NCBI GenBank assembly: GCA_965219085.1
Contig: OZ244720.1
Location: 1,760,001 to 1,824,000, forward strand
Direction of reading: 5' to 3'
DNA length: 64,000 nucleotides
Source: Dehalococcoidia bacterium
GTDB lineage: Bacteria > Chloroflexota > Dehalococcoidia > UBA2979
The notes under the pieces were generated by a model, which was not told the DNA's origin, ran no database searches, and saw nothing but the letters and a program-made list of their open reading frames with translations. Each line of letters starts with the position of its first letter. Position 1 is the stretch's first letter. Both the position numbers and the translations under genes were made by a program. Positions 9,461-19,637 of this stretch are shown one piece after another.

Positions 9461-10210
9461 ATGCCCTTCCGGATCCCGCCGCGGCTGCTCGTCCTTGCCG
9501 TTGGACTGACCGCGATCGTGCTCGGCGCTGCGGCCTGGTACGCCTGGGTCGAAGAGTTCGGGGCGTTTGACGGGCTGTACATGGCCGTCATCACGCTCAC
9601 CACGGTCGGTTACGAGGAGGTCGAACCCCTCGACCGTGGCGGGCGCCTGTTCACGATGCTCTACATCAGCACCGGGGTCGGGGTGCTGTTCTACACCGCC
9701 GGGACTATCGTGGAGGAGGTGGTCGCGGGCAGCATCGCCGAGGCGTTGGGCGTGCGCGGCCGCAGCCGGAGAGCAGGCAGGATGCGCGATCACATCGTGG
9801 TGTGCGGGCTCGGCCGCGTCGGCAGCGCGGTCGTGCGCCAGCTGCACGAACGAGGCGAGCGGGTGCTCGCCATCGACTTCGACGAGGAACGCCTCGAAGT
9901 CGCTCGCGAGATGGGCGTCGCCTACCTGTTCGGCGACGCCACCGAACAGGCGCAGCTCGAACGTGCGAATCTCGACCACGCGCGGGCGCTGATCGCGGCG
10001 GTACACAGCGACGCCGAGAACACGTTCATCGTGCTCACGGCGCGCGCGCTTAACCCGGACCTCTCGATCACCGCGCGCGCGATCTCGGATGCCGCGGTAC
10101 CGCGCCTGGAGGCGGCTGGCGCCGACCACGTGATCTCGCCATACCGCATCGCCGGGGAGCGCATGGCGGAGGCGGCCCTGGAGCCCCACGCAAACGCCCG
10201 AGGCGGCTAA
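9461..10210 (+). CDS. Potassium channel protein with TrkA-N (RCK) domain
   Basis: Selectivity filter TTVGYEE, two TM helices, GLGRVG and GDAT motifs. Confidence 0.85.
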   Translation: MPFRIPPRLLVLAVGLTAIVLGAAAWYAWVEEFGAFDGLYMAVITLTTVGYEEVEPLDRGGRLFTMLYISTGVGVLFYTAGTIVEEVVAGSIAEALGVRGRSRRAGRMRDHIVVCGLGRVGSAVVRQLHERGERVLAIDFDEERLEVAREMGVAYLFGDATEQAQLERANLDHARALIAAVHSDAENTFIVLTARALNPDLSITARAISDAAVPRLEAAGADHVISPYRIAGERMAEAALEPHANARGG

Positions 10211-10245
10211 CCGCCCCGGGCGCAGGTGGTGGGCTCGCGTCGGAC

Positions 10246-11139
10246 TTAGACCCAGATGCCGGGGCGCTCCTGCCAGAAGAACTGCACCAGCATCCCGCCG
10301 GTCTGGCGCGGGTGGATGAAGCCCTCGATCCAGCGCGCGCCGTCCGTCACGCCCTCGCGCTCGCCGAAGGGGCGGATGCCGCGGGCGGCGCAGGCGGCGA
10401 CGGCGGCCTCCCAGTCGGCCACCTCGAACGTGACGTGGTGGATCGTCGGGCCACGGCGCTCCAGGAAGCTCGCGATGAACGAGGGCTCGCCGAGCGGCTG
10501 GATGACCTCCCAGCGCATCTGGCGCGTGGGGGTCTCCATCACCTCGGTCACGAATTCGCGGCCCGGGTCGTCGGAGCGGTAGAAGCTCTGCATCCCGAAG
10601 ACGCTGCCGTACCACCCGGCGAGTTCGTCGCGGTTGCCGTGCGCGTGCGAGAGGTGGTTGATCGCAGTGATCCCGAGGGCGCCCTCGCGCATCGGCGGGG
10701 GGCCCACGCGGGGCATCGCGCCGTTGGCGCTGCGGAAACGGAACTGGAAGCCGTGCCCGCCTCGCCACGGGTGGATGAGGATCTCCTCCACCGGCTGCTC
10801 AGGCGTGCCCTGCTGCTCGCTCCATGGCTCGATGCCGAGCCCGCGCAGGTCGTTGACCGCTGCCGAGAGGTCGCGCACGTACAACAGCACGTACTGGAGT
10901 CCGGGCCCGAGCGGGCCGTCGATGAAGCTCTGCAGGTAGGAGTCCGGGCGCGTCGGCGCGGAGACTTCCCAGTCGATGTCCGAGAGGCCGGGCACTGACA
11001 TCGACGCGCGCTCGACGCCGATCGCGTCGTCGCGCGTGCGCTGGATGGTGGTGAAGCCGAAGAGGCCCTCGAGCAGCTCGACCTGTGGTTCGAGCTGCGC
11101 CACGACCATCCCGATACGATCGATTCGCTCGATATCCAC
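10246..11139 (-). CDS. Two-domain VOC / methylmalonyl-CoA-epimerase-like protein, copy 1
   Basis: GPTIHHVTFEV, FIHPRQTGGMLVQFF; GTG start at 11139 preceded by GGGAG. Confidence 0.8.
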   Translation of the reverse strand: MDIERIDRIGMVVAQLEPQVELLEGLFGFTTIQRTRDDAIGVERASMSVPGLSDIDWEVSAPTRPDSYLQSFIDGPLGPGLQYVLLYVRDLSAAVNDLRGLGIEPWSEQQGTPEQPVEEILIHPWRGGHGFQFRFRSANGAMPRVGPPPMREGALGITAINHLSHAHGNRDELAGWYGSVFGMQSFYRSDDPGREFVTEVMETPTRQMRWEVIQPLGEPSFIASFLERRGPTIHHVTFEVADWEAAVAACAARGIRPFGEREGVTDGARWIEGFIHPRQTGGMLVQFFWQERPGIWV

Positions 11140-11248
11140 ACGCCGCTCCCTTGCTCGTCGCGCCCTCGGTGACACCATCATAACGAGACCGCGCCCTAAT
11201 GCCTCGCACCGGTGGTCGGCGCGCGTCTCATCGGGCTAGCATCCCCTG

Positions 11249-12193
11249 ATGCTACCCGGTCGCGTGCTGTTGTTGCGCAACCCGAAATCCCGCCGTGCGC
11301 TCTCGGAAGCCGCGCTCCGCGAGGCCGCCGCGCCGCTCGTCGAGCGCGGCTGGCGCTTCGACATCGAGTCGACGACCGGCCCGGGCGAGGCGACGCGGAT
11401 CGCCGCGGCGGCGGCCGCGAGCGGCTACAACGCCGTCGTCGCCGCCGGCGGCGACGGCACCGTGCACGAGGTGGTGCAGGGCCTCGTGGGCGCCTCGACG
11501 GCGCTCGGAGTCGTCCCGGCGGGCACCGCCGATGTGTGGGCGCAGGAGGCCGGCGTGCCGGGCGGCGCCACACGGGCGCTCGCCTTCCTCGCCCGCGCGC
11601 GCACCGCAGGCATCGACGTGGGGCGCGTGACGTTCGAGGACGGGACGGCGCGGCGCTTCCTGCTGATGTGCAGCGTCGGCCTCGACGCCGAGGTCGTGCG
11701 CCGCGTCGGCGCGGGGGGCGCACCCAAGCGCCTCGTCGGCGGCGCGTGGTACGCGGCAGCCGGGCTCGCGCTCGGCGCGCGAGCGGCGCCGGTGCCTACG
11801 ACTATCGTGGTGGACGGCGTGCGGACCGAGCGGGACTTGTACCTCGCGGTGGTTGGCAACACCCGGCTCTACGGCGGGCTCGCGCGCATCACAGCCGCCG
11901 CGCTCGCCGACGACGGCGCGCTCGACGTCTGCGCGTTCTCCGGCCGCGGCCTCCGCGACCGCCTCGCGCTGGTCGCGCGCGCGCTGCGCGGCGGGCTCGA
12001 CCGCCGCGCGGGCGGCGGCGTCGACTACGCGCGGGGCGTCGAGGTGCGCATCGCGCCCGCCCGCCCGCTGGCGGTGCAGGCCGATGGCGAGTACATCGGC
12101 GAGACGCCGGTCACGATCACCGTCGAGCCCGGCGCGCTGACCGTGCTGCTCGCCCCCGAGCCGAACCCGCTGCTGAGCGGCGAGGTGGACTGA
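11249..12193 (+). CDS. Diacylglycerol/lipid kinase (YegS/DagK family)
   Basis: NPKS, AAGGDGTVHEV, PAGTAD, QADGE motifs. Confidence 0.9.
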   Translation: MLPGRVLLLRNPKSRRALSEAALREAAAPLVERGWRFDIESTTGPGEATRIAAAAAASGYNAVVAAGGDGTVHEVVQGLVGASTALGVVPAGTADVWAQEAGVPGGATRALAFLARARTAGIDVGRVTFEDGTARRFLLMCSVGLDAEVVRRVGAGGAPKRLVGGAWYAAAGLALGARAAPVPTTIVVDGVRTERDLYLAVVGNTRLYGGLARITAAALADDGALDVCAFSGRGLRDRLALVARALRGGLDRRAGGGVDYARGVEVRIAPARPLAVQADGEYIGETPVTITVEPGALTVLLAPEPNPLLSGEVD

Positions 12194-12205
12194 CGCGCCC
12201 GCGGA

Positions 12206-13114
12206 TCAGTCGGTCGGGCCCTGAACCCAGATGCCGGGGCGCTCCTCCCAGAACAGCTGCACCAGCATGCCGCCGGTCTGGCGGGGGTGGATGAAGCCCT
12301 CGGTCCAGCTTGCGCCGTCCCTCACGCCCTCGCTCTCATCGAAGAGGTCGATGCCGTGCGCGGCGCAGGCCGCGGCGGCGGCGTCCCAGTCGGCGACCTC
12401 GAACGCGACATGGTGGATCGCGGGGCCGCGGCGCTCGAGGAAGCTTGCGACGAACGAGTCGTCGCCGCGCGGCTGGATCACTTCCCAGTGCATCTGACGC
12501 GTCTGGGTCTCCAGCACCTTGGTGGCGAATCCGCCGCCCGGTTGGTCGGAGTAGTAGGAGCCTTCCATCCCGAAGACGCGCCCATACCACCCCGTCAGCT
12601 CGTCGCTGCTGCCGTGTGCGTGCGAGAGGTGGTCGATCGCCGTGACCCCGAGGGCGCCCTCGCGCATGGGCGGCGCTTCGAGGGGGGGAGCCGCGCCGTC
12701 GACGCCGCGGAAGCGGAACTGGAAGCCGTGCCCGCCTCGTCGCGGGTGGATCAAGATCTCCTCGACTGGCCGCTCGGACGTCCCGCCCAGCTCGCGCTCC
12801 GGCTCGATCCCGAGCCGCCGCAGGTCGCCGGCGGTGGCCGAGAGATCGGGAACCAGCATCCCAACGTGGTGTAGCCCCGGCCCCAACGGGCTGTCGAGGA
12901 AGCCCTGCAGGGAGGAGTCCTCGCGGGTCGGCGCCGTGACCTCCCAGTCGATCTCTGAAGTGCCCGGCACGGCCAGCCGCACGCGTTCAACGCCTGCTGC
13001 TTCGTCGCGTATCTGGCGCCCGGCGGCGAAGCCGAACACGCCCTCAAGCAGCTCGACCTGTGGCTCGATCTCCTCGACGACCATCCCGATATGATCGATG
13101 TGCTCGATATCCAT
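12206..13114 (-). CDS. Two-domain VOC protein, copy 2
   Basis: Colinear paralog of 10246-11139 (IDHIGMVV, GPGLHHVG, GPAIHHVAFEV). Confidence 0.8.
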   Translation of the reverse strand: MDIEHIDHIGMVVEEIEPQVELLEGVFGFAAGRQIRDEAAGVERVRLAVPGTSEIDWEVTAPTREDSSLQGFLDSPLGPGLHHVGMLVPDLSATAGDLRRLGIEPERELGGTSERPVEEILIHPRRGGHGFQFRFRGVDGAAPPLEAPPMREGALGVTAIDHLSHAHGSSDELTGWYGRVFGMEGSYYSDQPGGGFATKVLETQTRQMHWEVIQPRGDDSFVASFLERRGPAIHHVAFEVADWDAAAAACAAHGIDLFDESEGVRDGASWTEGFIHPRQTGGMLVQLFWEERPGIWVQGPTD

Positions 13115-13228
13115 ACACCGCTCCCTGTAGTCGTTTCGTTGGTTGGCCGACCCCATCATACCGATGCAGCGCCGACGGGTAGCCCACACGCGCTCAACGG
13201 CGAGGTGGACTGACCGCGCCGACCGAGG

Positions 13229-14428
13229 TCACTCGGCGGGGCGCAGCTCGCCCTCCTCGATCCGGAAGCGGCGCGCGCCGGGCAGGTCGCTGGCGCCCGG
13301 GCGCTCCTCGTCGGCCGAGGTGATCACGACCTGGTCGACGCCGTAGGCGGCGGCCAGCACGCGCTCGCGACGCTGCCCGTCGAGCTCGGACAGGATGTCG
13401 TCCAGGAGCAGCAGCGGCGCGTCCCCCGTGCGGTCGCGGGAGAGCGCGACCTCGGCGAGGCGCAGCGCCAGCGCGGCCGTGCGCTGCTGGCCGCGCGATG
13501 CGAATGCAGCGGCGTCGTTGCCGTCGATCTCGAAGCGCATGTTGTCGCGATGCGGCCCGCTGCGCGTCATCCCGGCCACAAGGTCGTCGCGGCGGCGCGC
13601 CTCCAGCACCTCGCGGAACGCGCCTTCGACGCCCCCGACGCTCCCCGTGTCGAGCACCGTCGACGCGGTGGGCGCGGGCAGCGCGGGCTCGTAGCACACC
13701 GCGAGCGGCTCGACGCCCGGGGCGAGGTCGGCGTAGTGCTGCGCCGCGCCCTCGGCGAGCGCGCGCACGGCCAGCGCGCGGCCGTGCAGCACGACGGCGC
13801 CCGAAGCGGCGAGCTCCTGGTCCCAGAACGCGAGCTCGTCGCCGGGTCGAGCGCGGCGCTCCTGCAGGCTGCGTAGCAGGCTGTTGCGCTGCTGGAGCAC
13901 CCGCTGGTAGCGCTGCAACGCCCGCACGTACTCGCGGTCGAGCTGCGAGATGGTGATGTCGAGGTAGCGGCGTCGCCGCGACGGCGAGCCGTCGATGATC
14001 TGCAGGTCGGCGGCCGAGAACATGACCACGCGCAGCCGTCCGATCAGGTCGGAGGCGCGCCGCGCGACTCCGTCGACGCGGAAACGGCGGCTCGTCGGCG
14101 GCAGCGCTCCCTCCTCGGCGGCGGCCCGGCCGCGCACCTCGAGGCTGCTGACCACGATCTCCACCGTGACCGGCTCGGCGGCCGTGACCACCTCCGCGTG
14201 CAGCGTCGCCGCCGGCAGCGGCTCCTCGCGCAGCGCCGCCTGCGAGATCACCTCGGCGTCCGCGCCCACGCGCCCGCTCCGCGTGGTGGCGAGGAGGCCG
14301 ATGGCCTCGACAAGGTTGGTCTTGCCGGCGCCGTTGGGCCCGGTGACGACGCTGATGCCGCGCTCCAGCGGGGTGTCGAGCCGCCGGAACGTGCGGACGT
14401 TCGTGAGCGAGAGACGCGCGATGTGCAT
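13229..14428 (-). CDS. recF: DNA replication/repair protein RecF
   Basis: GPNGAGKTNL, GSPSRRRRYLD, GPHRD, SRGQQR, LLLLDDILSELD. Confidence 0.95.
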   Translation of the reverse strand: MHIARLSLTNVRTFRRLDTPLERGISVVTGPNGAGKTNLVEAIGLLATTRSGRVGADAEVISQAALREEPLPAATLHAEVVTAAEPVTVEIVVSSLEVRGRAAAEEGALPPTSRRFRVDGVARRASDLIGRLRVVMFSAADLQIIDGSPSRRRRYLDITISQLDREYVRALQRYQRVLQQRNSLLRSLQERRARPGDELAFWDQELAASGAVVLHGRALAVRALAEGAAQHYADLAPGVEPLAVCYEPALPAPTASTVLDTGSVGGVEGAFREVLEARRRDDLVAGMTRSGPHRDNMRFEIDGNDAAAFASRGQQRTAALALRLAEVALSRDRTGDAPLLLLDDILSELDGQRRERVLAAAYGVDQVVITSADEERPGASDLPGARRFRIEEGELRPAE

Positions 14429-14591
14429 GCCGGGCTCCAGCCGCCTCGATTATCCCCCGGATCGACGCATGACCGCCTCGCTGCCCGGTGCGGCTGACGC
14501 GGTGGTAGGTCGGGGCTGCCGCTGACGATCGCGCCCGGTAGGGTGGACGCGGGGACCGGCGGCGGCGCGCCCCGGCCGGAAGGAGCACCCG

Positions 14592-15638
14592 ATGAGCGAC
14601 CAACCCATCCGCGTCGGCCTGATCGGCGCCGGCGAGAACACGCGTGTGCTCCACATCCCCGGCTTTCAGGCCATCGACGGCATCGAGGTCGTCGCCGTCT
14701 GCAACCGCTCGCAGGAGAGCGGGCAGCGCGTGGCCGACGCGTTCGGCATTCCTCGCGTGGTGACGGATCCCGAGGCGATCTTCGCGGCCGACGACATCGA
14801 CGCGATCTGCATCGGCACGTGGCCGTACCGCCACCGCGACTTCACCGTGCGAGGCCTCGATGCCGGCAAGCACGTGCTGTGCGAGGCGCGGATGGCGTCG
14901 AACGCCGCCGAGGCGCGCGAGATGCTCGCCGCCTCCGAGGCGCATCCCGACCTCGTCGCGCAACTCGTGCCCGCGCCGATGGACTTCGCGACCTGGCGCA
15001 CCGTGCGCCGCCTCGTCGCCGACGGGACGCTCGGCGAGCTGCGCGAGGTGCACGTGGCCTTGCTCGGCGGCGGCGGCCTCAACCCCACAAGGCCCATCCA
15101 CTGGCGGGAGCAGAGCGAGTACTCCGGCCACAACATGATGGAGTTCGGCATCGCCGCCGAGGTCGTCGGGCGCTGGCTGGGAGCGACCGAGCGCGTGGTC
15201 GCCGACGCGGCGACGTTTACGACGTCGAGGAGCAACCCGGAGACGGGTGGCGACGAGGCCATCGAGATCCCCGACAGCCTCGGCGTGTTCGCGCGGATGA
15301 CGAACGGCGCGCGGGTGACCTACCAGGTGAGCAGCGTCGCGGCGTCCCCCCACGTAGCCCACGGCATCGCGCTGCACGGCGCCGAGGCGACGCTGCACTG
15401 GTGGCGCGCCGGTGACCGCCTCGAGCTCGCCCGACGCGGCGAGGAGCCCCAGCCGCTCGAGCCCGATCCGGGCACGGCGGGCTCATGGCGCGTCGAGGCC
15501 GACTTCATCGACTCGATCCGCGAGGGCGCGCCGGTCGAACTCACGAACTTCGCGGACGGAGTGCGCTACATGGAGGTCACCGAGGCGACGTGGCGCAGCT
15601 GGTCCGAGGGCCGCCCCGTCGACATCGCCTCGCTGTAG
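14592..15638 (+). CDS. Gfo/Idh/MocA family oxidoreductase
   Basis: IRVGLIGAG Rossmann fold; GKHVLCEARMA. Confidence 0.85.
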   Translation: MSDQPIRVGLIGAGENTRVLHIPGFQAIDGIEVVAVCNRSQESGQRVADAFGIPRVVTDPEAIFAADDIDAICIGTWPYRHRDFTVRGLDAGKHVLCEARMASNAAEAREMLAASEAHPDLVAQLVPAPMDFATWRTVRRLVADGTLGELREVHVALLGGGGLNPTRPIHWREQSEYSGHNMMEFGIAAEVVGRWLGATERVVADAATFTTSRSNPETGGDEAIEIPDSLGVFARMTNGARVTYQVSSVAASPHVAHGIALHGAEATLHWWRAGDRLELARRGEEPQPLEPDPGTAGSWRVEADFIDSIREGAPVELTNFADGVRYMEVTEATWRSWSEGRPVDIASL

Positions 15639-15665
15639 CCCGCGGACGGCGACGAGGCCTCGGCG

Positions 15666-16100
15666 ATGCGCATGGTGGTGGTCGGCGGCCCGCGAGAGCG
15701 GCGTCCGCCGTCGCCGTGGGATCTGCTGCTGCGGCTCGTCGTCAACGCCGTCGGGCTCTGGCTCGCCGCCATCCTCGTGCCCGGCATCCAGATCGATGAC
15801 GTGCCCTCGCTGGTCGCCGCGACGGCGCTGTTCGCGCTCGTGAACACGGTCGTGCGGCCGCTCGCGTTCCTCGCGTCGGCGTGCGCGATCGTGCTGACGT
15901 TCGGGCTGTTCATCGTGGTCATCAACGCGCTCATGCTCGCGCTGACGGCGTGGATCGCGGGACAGCTCGGCCTCGGCTTCCGCGTCGACGGCTTCGCGTC
16001 GGCGATCTTCGGCGCGCTGATCGTGGCGCTGCTCTCGCTGCTCGTGTCGTCGGTGCTGCGCTGGCGTCGAGGGCCCCCGAACGCGGGCGGACTCGCGTAG
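15666..16100 (+). CDS. YvlD/DUF360 (4-TM holin superfamily) membrane protein
   Basis: VNAVGLWLA..PGI; ALVNTVVRP; TFGLFIVVINALML; GFASAIFGAL. Confidence 0.8.
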   Translation: MRMVVVGGPRERRPPSPWDLLLRLVVNAVGLWLAAILVPGIQIDDVPSLVAATALFALVNTVVRPLAFLASACAIVLTFGLFIVVINALMLALTAWIAGQLGLGFRVDGFASAIFGALIVALLSLLVSSVLRWRRGPPNAGGLA

Positions 16101-16127
16101 TCTCGGGCGCGGGACGGAGCGCATCGC

Positions 16128-16937
16128 ATGACGCTGTGGATCTGCCGCACCTGTGGCGTCGAGTACGCCGACACCGCGCAGCCGCGCGCGCGCTGCGTGA
16201 TCTGCGAGGACGACCGCCAGTACGTCGGGTGGGGCGGGCAGGAGTGGACTACGCGCGAGGAGCTGCTCGCGCGCGGCCATCGCAACGATGTGCGCGAACT
16301 CGAGCCGGGGCTGACCGGCATCGGGATCGCGCCGCCGTTCAGCATCGGACAGCGCGCCCTGCTCGTGCAGACCGACGCCGGCAACGTGCTCTACGACTGC
16401 GTGAGCCTGCTCGACGACGAGGCCCGCGCGGCCATCGAGGCGCGCGGCGGCATCGACGCGATCACGCTCTCGCACCCCCACTTCTACGACGCCATGGTGA
16501 GCTGGAGCCACGCCTTCGGCGGCCGCCCAATCTACGTCCCGGACCTCGACCGCGACTTCGTGACGCGCCCCGACCCGGTGATCGAGTACTGGGACGGCGT
16601 ACCCCTCGAGCTGGTGCCAGGCGTGACGCTCGTCCAGACGGGCGGGCACTTCGCGGGGAGCGCGGTGTTGCACTGGGCCGGGGGCGCCGAGGGCCGGGGC
16701 GCACTCCTCGTCGGCGACTCGATCACGGTGGTGCCGGACCGCCGCTACGTGAGCTTCATGTACAGCTACCCGAACCTCATCCCCGCCTCGGCCGAGTCGG
16801 TCCGCGCCATCGTCGCCTCGGTCGAGCCGTACGCGTTCGACCGCATCTACGGGGGGTGGTGGGACCGCGACGTGATGGAGGGCGGCAAGGACGCCGTCCG
16901 CGCATCCGCGGAGCGCTACATCTCGTATCTCCAGTGA
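16128..16937 (+). CDS. MBL-fold metallo-hydrolase with N-terminal CxxC..CxxC
   Basis: CRTCG..CVICEDDRQYV, SHPHFY, GGHF, FMYSYPNLIP. Confidence 0.85.
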   Translation: MTLWICRTCGVEYADTAQPRARCVICEDDRQYVGWGGQEWTTREELLARGHRNDVRELEPGLTGIGIAPPFSIGQRALLVQTDAGNVLYDCVSLLDDEARAAIEARGGIDAITLSHPHFYDAMVSWSHAFGGRPIYVPDLDRDFVTRPDPVIEYWDGVPLELVPGVTLVQTGGHFAGSAVLHWAGGAEGRGALLVGDSITVVPDRRYVSFMYSYPNLIPASAESVRAIVASVEPYAFDRIYGGWWDRDVMEGGKDAVRASAERYISYLQ

Positions 16938-16944
16938 GAGCGCC

Positions 16945-16975
16945 GCTGAGCCGGAGCCCCGCCGCACGGCTCAGC
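16945..16975. terminator. GC-rich hairpin between convergent genes
   Basis: GCTGAGCCG (16945-16953) / CGGCTCAGC (16967-16975); no U-tract. Confidence 0.4.
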
Positions 16976-16989
16976 CGCTCACGAACTCG

Positions 16990-17778
16990 CTACTCCGCCA
17001 GGAACGCGGCGAGTTCCTCGTCGTACTGCTCCGGGAGCGTGCCCCGCATCATGTGGCCGACGTTCGGCCACGGCCGGAACGACAGCTGCGGCGACGCGAT
17101 TGAGCGGTAGTAGTCGAGCTCCTCGGGCAGCATGTAGCCTCCAGCGTCGATGTCGCCGACGAGCACGAGCGTCGGCACGGCCACGCGGCGCATGTGGTCC
17201 TCGCAGCGGAACGCCCAGTCGCGGTTGTCGGTGAGCAGACGCGTCACCGCGTGCGGCGAGAAGTGGTGGTGGGCGTAGACCTCGGCGTCGATCTGCTCTG
17301 CGGTGAGGCCGCTCGCCTCGCCTTCGGCGCGGATCTCGGCCTCCGGCCGCTCGTGGCGCGCCATCGCCTGGCGCAGGCTCGTGACGAAGGCGTTGACCAT
17401 CTTCCAGTAGACGGGGTCCTCGAGGAACGCGCGCGAGATCGCGTCGGGGTGCGTCGCCGCCATCATCGTGCCGATGTTCCCGCCCCACGAGTGGCCGACG
17501 TACGCCGGCCGGTCGAGCCCGAGGTTGTCGATGAGCTCGGCGAGGTCGGCGACGAAGTCGCGCAGGTGGTAGCCGGTCCGCGGCTTGTCGGTCTCGCCGT
17601 GGCCGCGATTGTCGGGCGCGATGATGTGGTAGCGATCCTCGAACGCGGGGACGACGGTGTCCCAGTTCCCGCCGTGGCCCGTCCAGCCGTGGACGAGCAG
17701 CAGGTCGGGGTGGGCGGGGTCGCCCCACTCGCGGTAGTGCATGCGCAGGCCCTGCACCTGGGTGTAGCTGTGTTCCAT
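16990..17778 (-). CDS. Alpha/beta hydrolase
   Basis: LLVHGW, DNRGHG, nucleophile GHSWGG, catalytic His in VGH. Confidence 0.85.
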   Translation of the reverse strand: MEHSYTQVQGLRMHYREWGDPAHPDLLLVHGWTGHGGNWDTVVPAFEDRYHIIAPDNRGHGETDKPRTGYHLRDFVADLAELIDNLGLDRPAYVGHSWGGNIGTMMAATHPDAISRAFLEDPVYWKMVNAFVTSLRQAMARHERPEAEIRAEGEASGLTAEQIDAEVYAHHHFSPHAVTRLLTDNRDWAFRCEDHMRRVAVPTLVLVGDIDAGGYMLPEELDYYRSIASPQLSFRPWPNVGHMMRGTLPEQYDEELAAFLAE

Positions 17779-17957
17779 CGCGCTGCTCCATTCACTGTGA
17801 TGTTCGTTCGGCAGGATGTATCGAACCCTGACTACCGAGCGTACGACGGATTTCGGTGCGCCAAGAGCTCTTTGTCTCTGCATTCTGCGCTAGCATATTC
17901 GTGGTGCGCCCCACCAGCACCACCGCGCCAGTTTCGTTCACGCCGGAGGACGGCTAG

Positions 17958-19637
17958 ATGCGAATCGTCCGACTCTCAGTTCGGAACTTCAGGGGTATAC
18001 GCTCTCTCAAATGGGATCTACCTAGCAGCGTCACATGTCTTGTGGGCCCCGGAGATTCGGCGAAGACGACCATCCTCGACGCGATCGAACTCGCGTTGCT
18101 TCCGAGGTCTCAGGCTCAATTCGTTGACGCCGATTTCTGCGCCGAAGCGACCGAGCGGCGAATAGAGATCGAGGTGACGCTCGTCGATCTGCCGACTGAT
18201 CTCCTCACGCAGGCGAAGTTCGGTTTGGAGCAGCGTGGCTGGACACTGGAAGGCGCAATTCGAGACGAGCCACAAAACGACGACACGCCTGCGCTCACAG
18301 TCCGACTGCAGGTGGATGAGTCGCTGGATCCAGTCTGGCATGTCATAAGCGATCGAAACCCGGATGGTCGCGCAATTGGCGTTCGAGACCGGGCCGCCAT
18401 CGGCGCCGCTCGTCTAGGTGAGGGCGACCGGCGTCAGCTGTCTTGGGTTCGGGGTTCGTCGCTGGCGAGAGTGACCGACTCACCGGACGCCATCGCGGCT
18501 GTTCTGAATCAGGCACGCAGGAGCGCTTGGCTGGCGATGAACGACCTCGACTTTGAGGAACTGGCTCAGACTGCCAGCACTGCTGGTGAGTGGGGAGAGC
18601 GGTACGGATCGTACGCAGCCCTGCCACTTGACGTCGGCCTCGACCCCCGGAATCTCAACATTGGCGCAGGGGCTCTCAGCCTGCGCCAAGAGAATGGGAT
18701 ATCGGCATCTGCCCTCGGAACTGGGAGCCGCCGTTTGCTGGGCCTCGCGATCCAGCGGCAGGTGATCGGCCAACCTGTAGTCACGCTAGTTGATGAGGTC
18801 GAGACCGGACTCGAGCCGCACCGGCTCCGACATCTGTTGAGTCAACTACGGGAATCAGACAACCAGGTCGTCCTGGTCAGTCACTCACCAGTTGCGGTGG
18901 CTGAGCTCGGGGTTACCGGACTCGGGCTCGTCCGTCGTGACAGTGAGGGAAATGTCTCGGTTCGCCACCCCGCCGAGAGCTTGCAAGGTGTGATTCGCGC
19001 GATGCCGGAAGCGGTCCTCTCACGCCGTGTTGTCGTCTGCGAGGGACAGACCGAGTACGGAATTGCGAGGGGACTCGTGGCCCACTGGGATCAACTGGAG
19101 GGTTTCCCGTTGGCGTCGATCGGAACTGTGATTATCTCAGGCAACGGTAGCGAAGCACCGGGGCGTGCTGCGGCGCTGAGGGATCTCGGATACGAATGCG
19201 TTTACTGGGCGGATGCCGATGTCGACGTGGAGCCCTCGTTGCCTGAGCTTCAAGCGGCTGGTGTCGACACCGTGACATGGGGAGAGGGCAAGAACACTGA
19301 GCAGCGGATCATGGCGGATGTCAGCGAGCGGCTACTCGACGTGCTCTGGGGTATAGCTACTGATGAGCGAGGGTTGGAGGGCGTATCAGCTCAACTGGCG
19401 ACGGCTATTCACCACACTGGGCGCCCCCCGCAGAGCTGGAGCGAATGGGCTGCGGCCTACTCGATCGAGGATCTTCGTCGTGCTTTGGGCGAGGCTGTAG
19501 CGAACCGCGGTTGGTTTAAGAGTGTGAGCCTCGGCGAGCGTGTCGGCGAGGCGATTGCACCGGAGGTCACCGCTGCTGACGATACGGATCTTGGAAAAAA
19601 GCTGGGGAAGTTGCGACGCCTTGCCTACCGAGACTGA
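17958..19637 (+). CDS. gajA: OLD-family ATP-dependent endonuclease (ABC ATPase + TOPRIM), GajA-like
   Basis: RNFRGI, Walker A variant GPGDSAKT, LVDEVETGLEP, SHSP, TOPRIM CEGQTE..DAD; RBS GGAGG; visibly lower GC than flanks. Confidence 0.7.
   Translation: MRIVRLSVRNFRGIRSLKWDLPSSVTCLVGPGDSAKTTILDAIELALLPRSQAQFVDADFCAEATERRIEIEVTLVDLPTDLLTQAKFGLEQRGWTLEGAIRDEPQNDDTPALTVRLQVDESLDPVWHVISDRNPDGRAIGVRDRAAIGAARLGEGDRRQLSWVRGSSLARVTDSPDAIAAVLNQARRSAWLAMNDLDFEELAQTASTAGEWGERYGSYAALPLDVGLDPRNLNIGAGALSLRQENGISASALGTGSRRLLGLAIQRQVIGQPVVTLVDEVETGLEPHRLRHLLSQLRESDNQVVLVSHSPVAVAELGVTGLGLVRRDSEGNVSVRHPAESLQGVIRAMPEAVLSRRVVVCEGQTEYGIARGLVAHWDQLEGFPLASIGTVIISGNGSEAPGRAAALRDLGYECVYWADADVDVEPSLPELQAAGVDTVTWGEGKNTEQRIMADVSERLLDVLWGIATDERGLEGVSAQLATAIHHTGRPPQSWSEWAAAYSIEDLRRALGEAVANRGWFKSVSLGERVGEAIAPEVTAADDTDLGKKLGKLRRLAYRD

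Noticed and set aside
5299-9603. Long antisense and alternate-frame ORFs here and throughout (e.g. 5299-7629, 13194-15398, 36816-39404, 60503-62482)
   Set aside because: They are shadow ORFs caused by high-GC codon bias over well-supported genes and show no recognisable motifs.
15666-16100. Prophage lysis gene
   Set aside because: The YvlD-like family is commonly chromosomal, and no phage genes are nearby.
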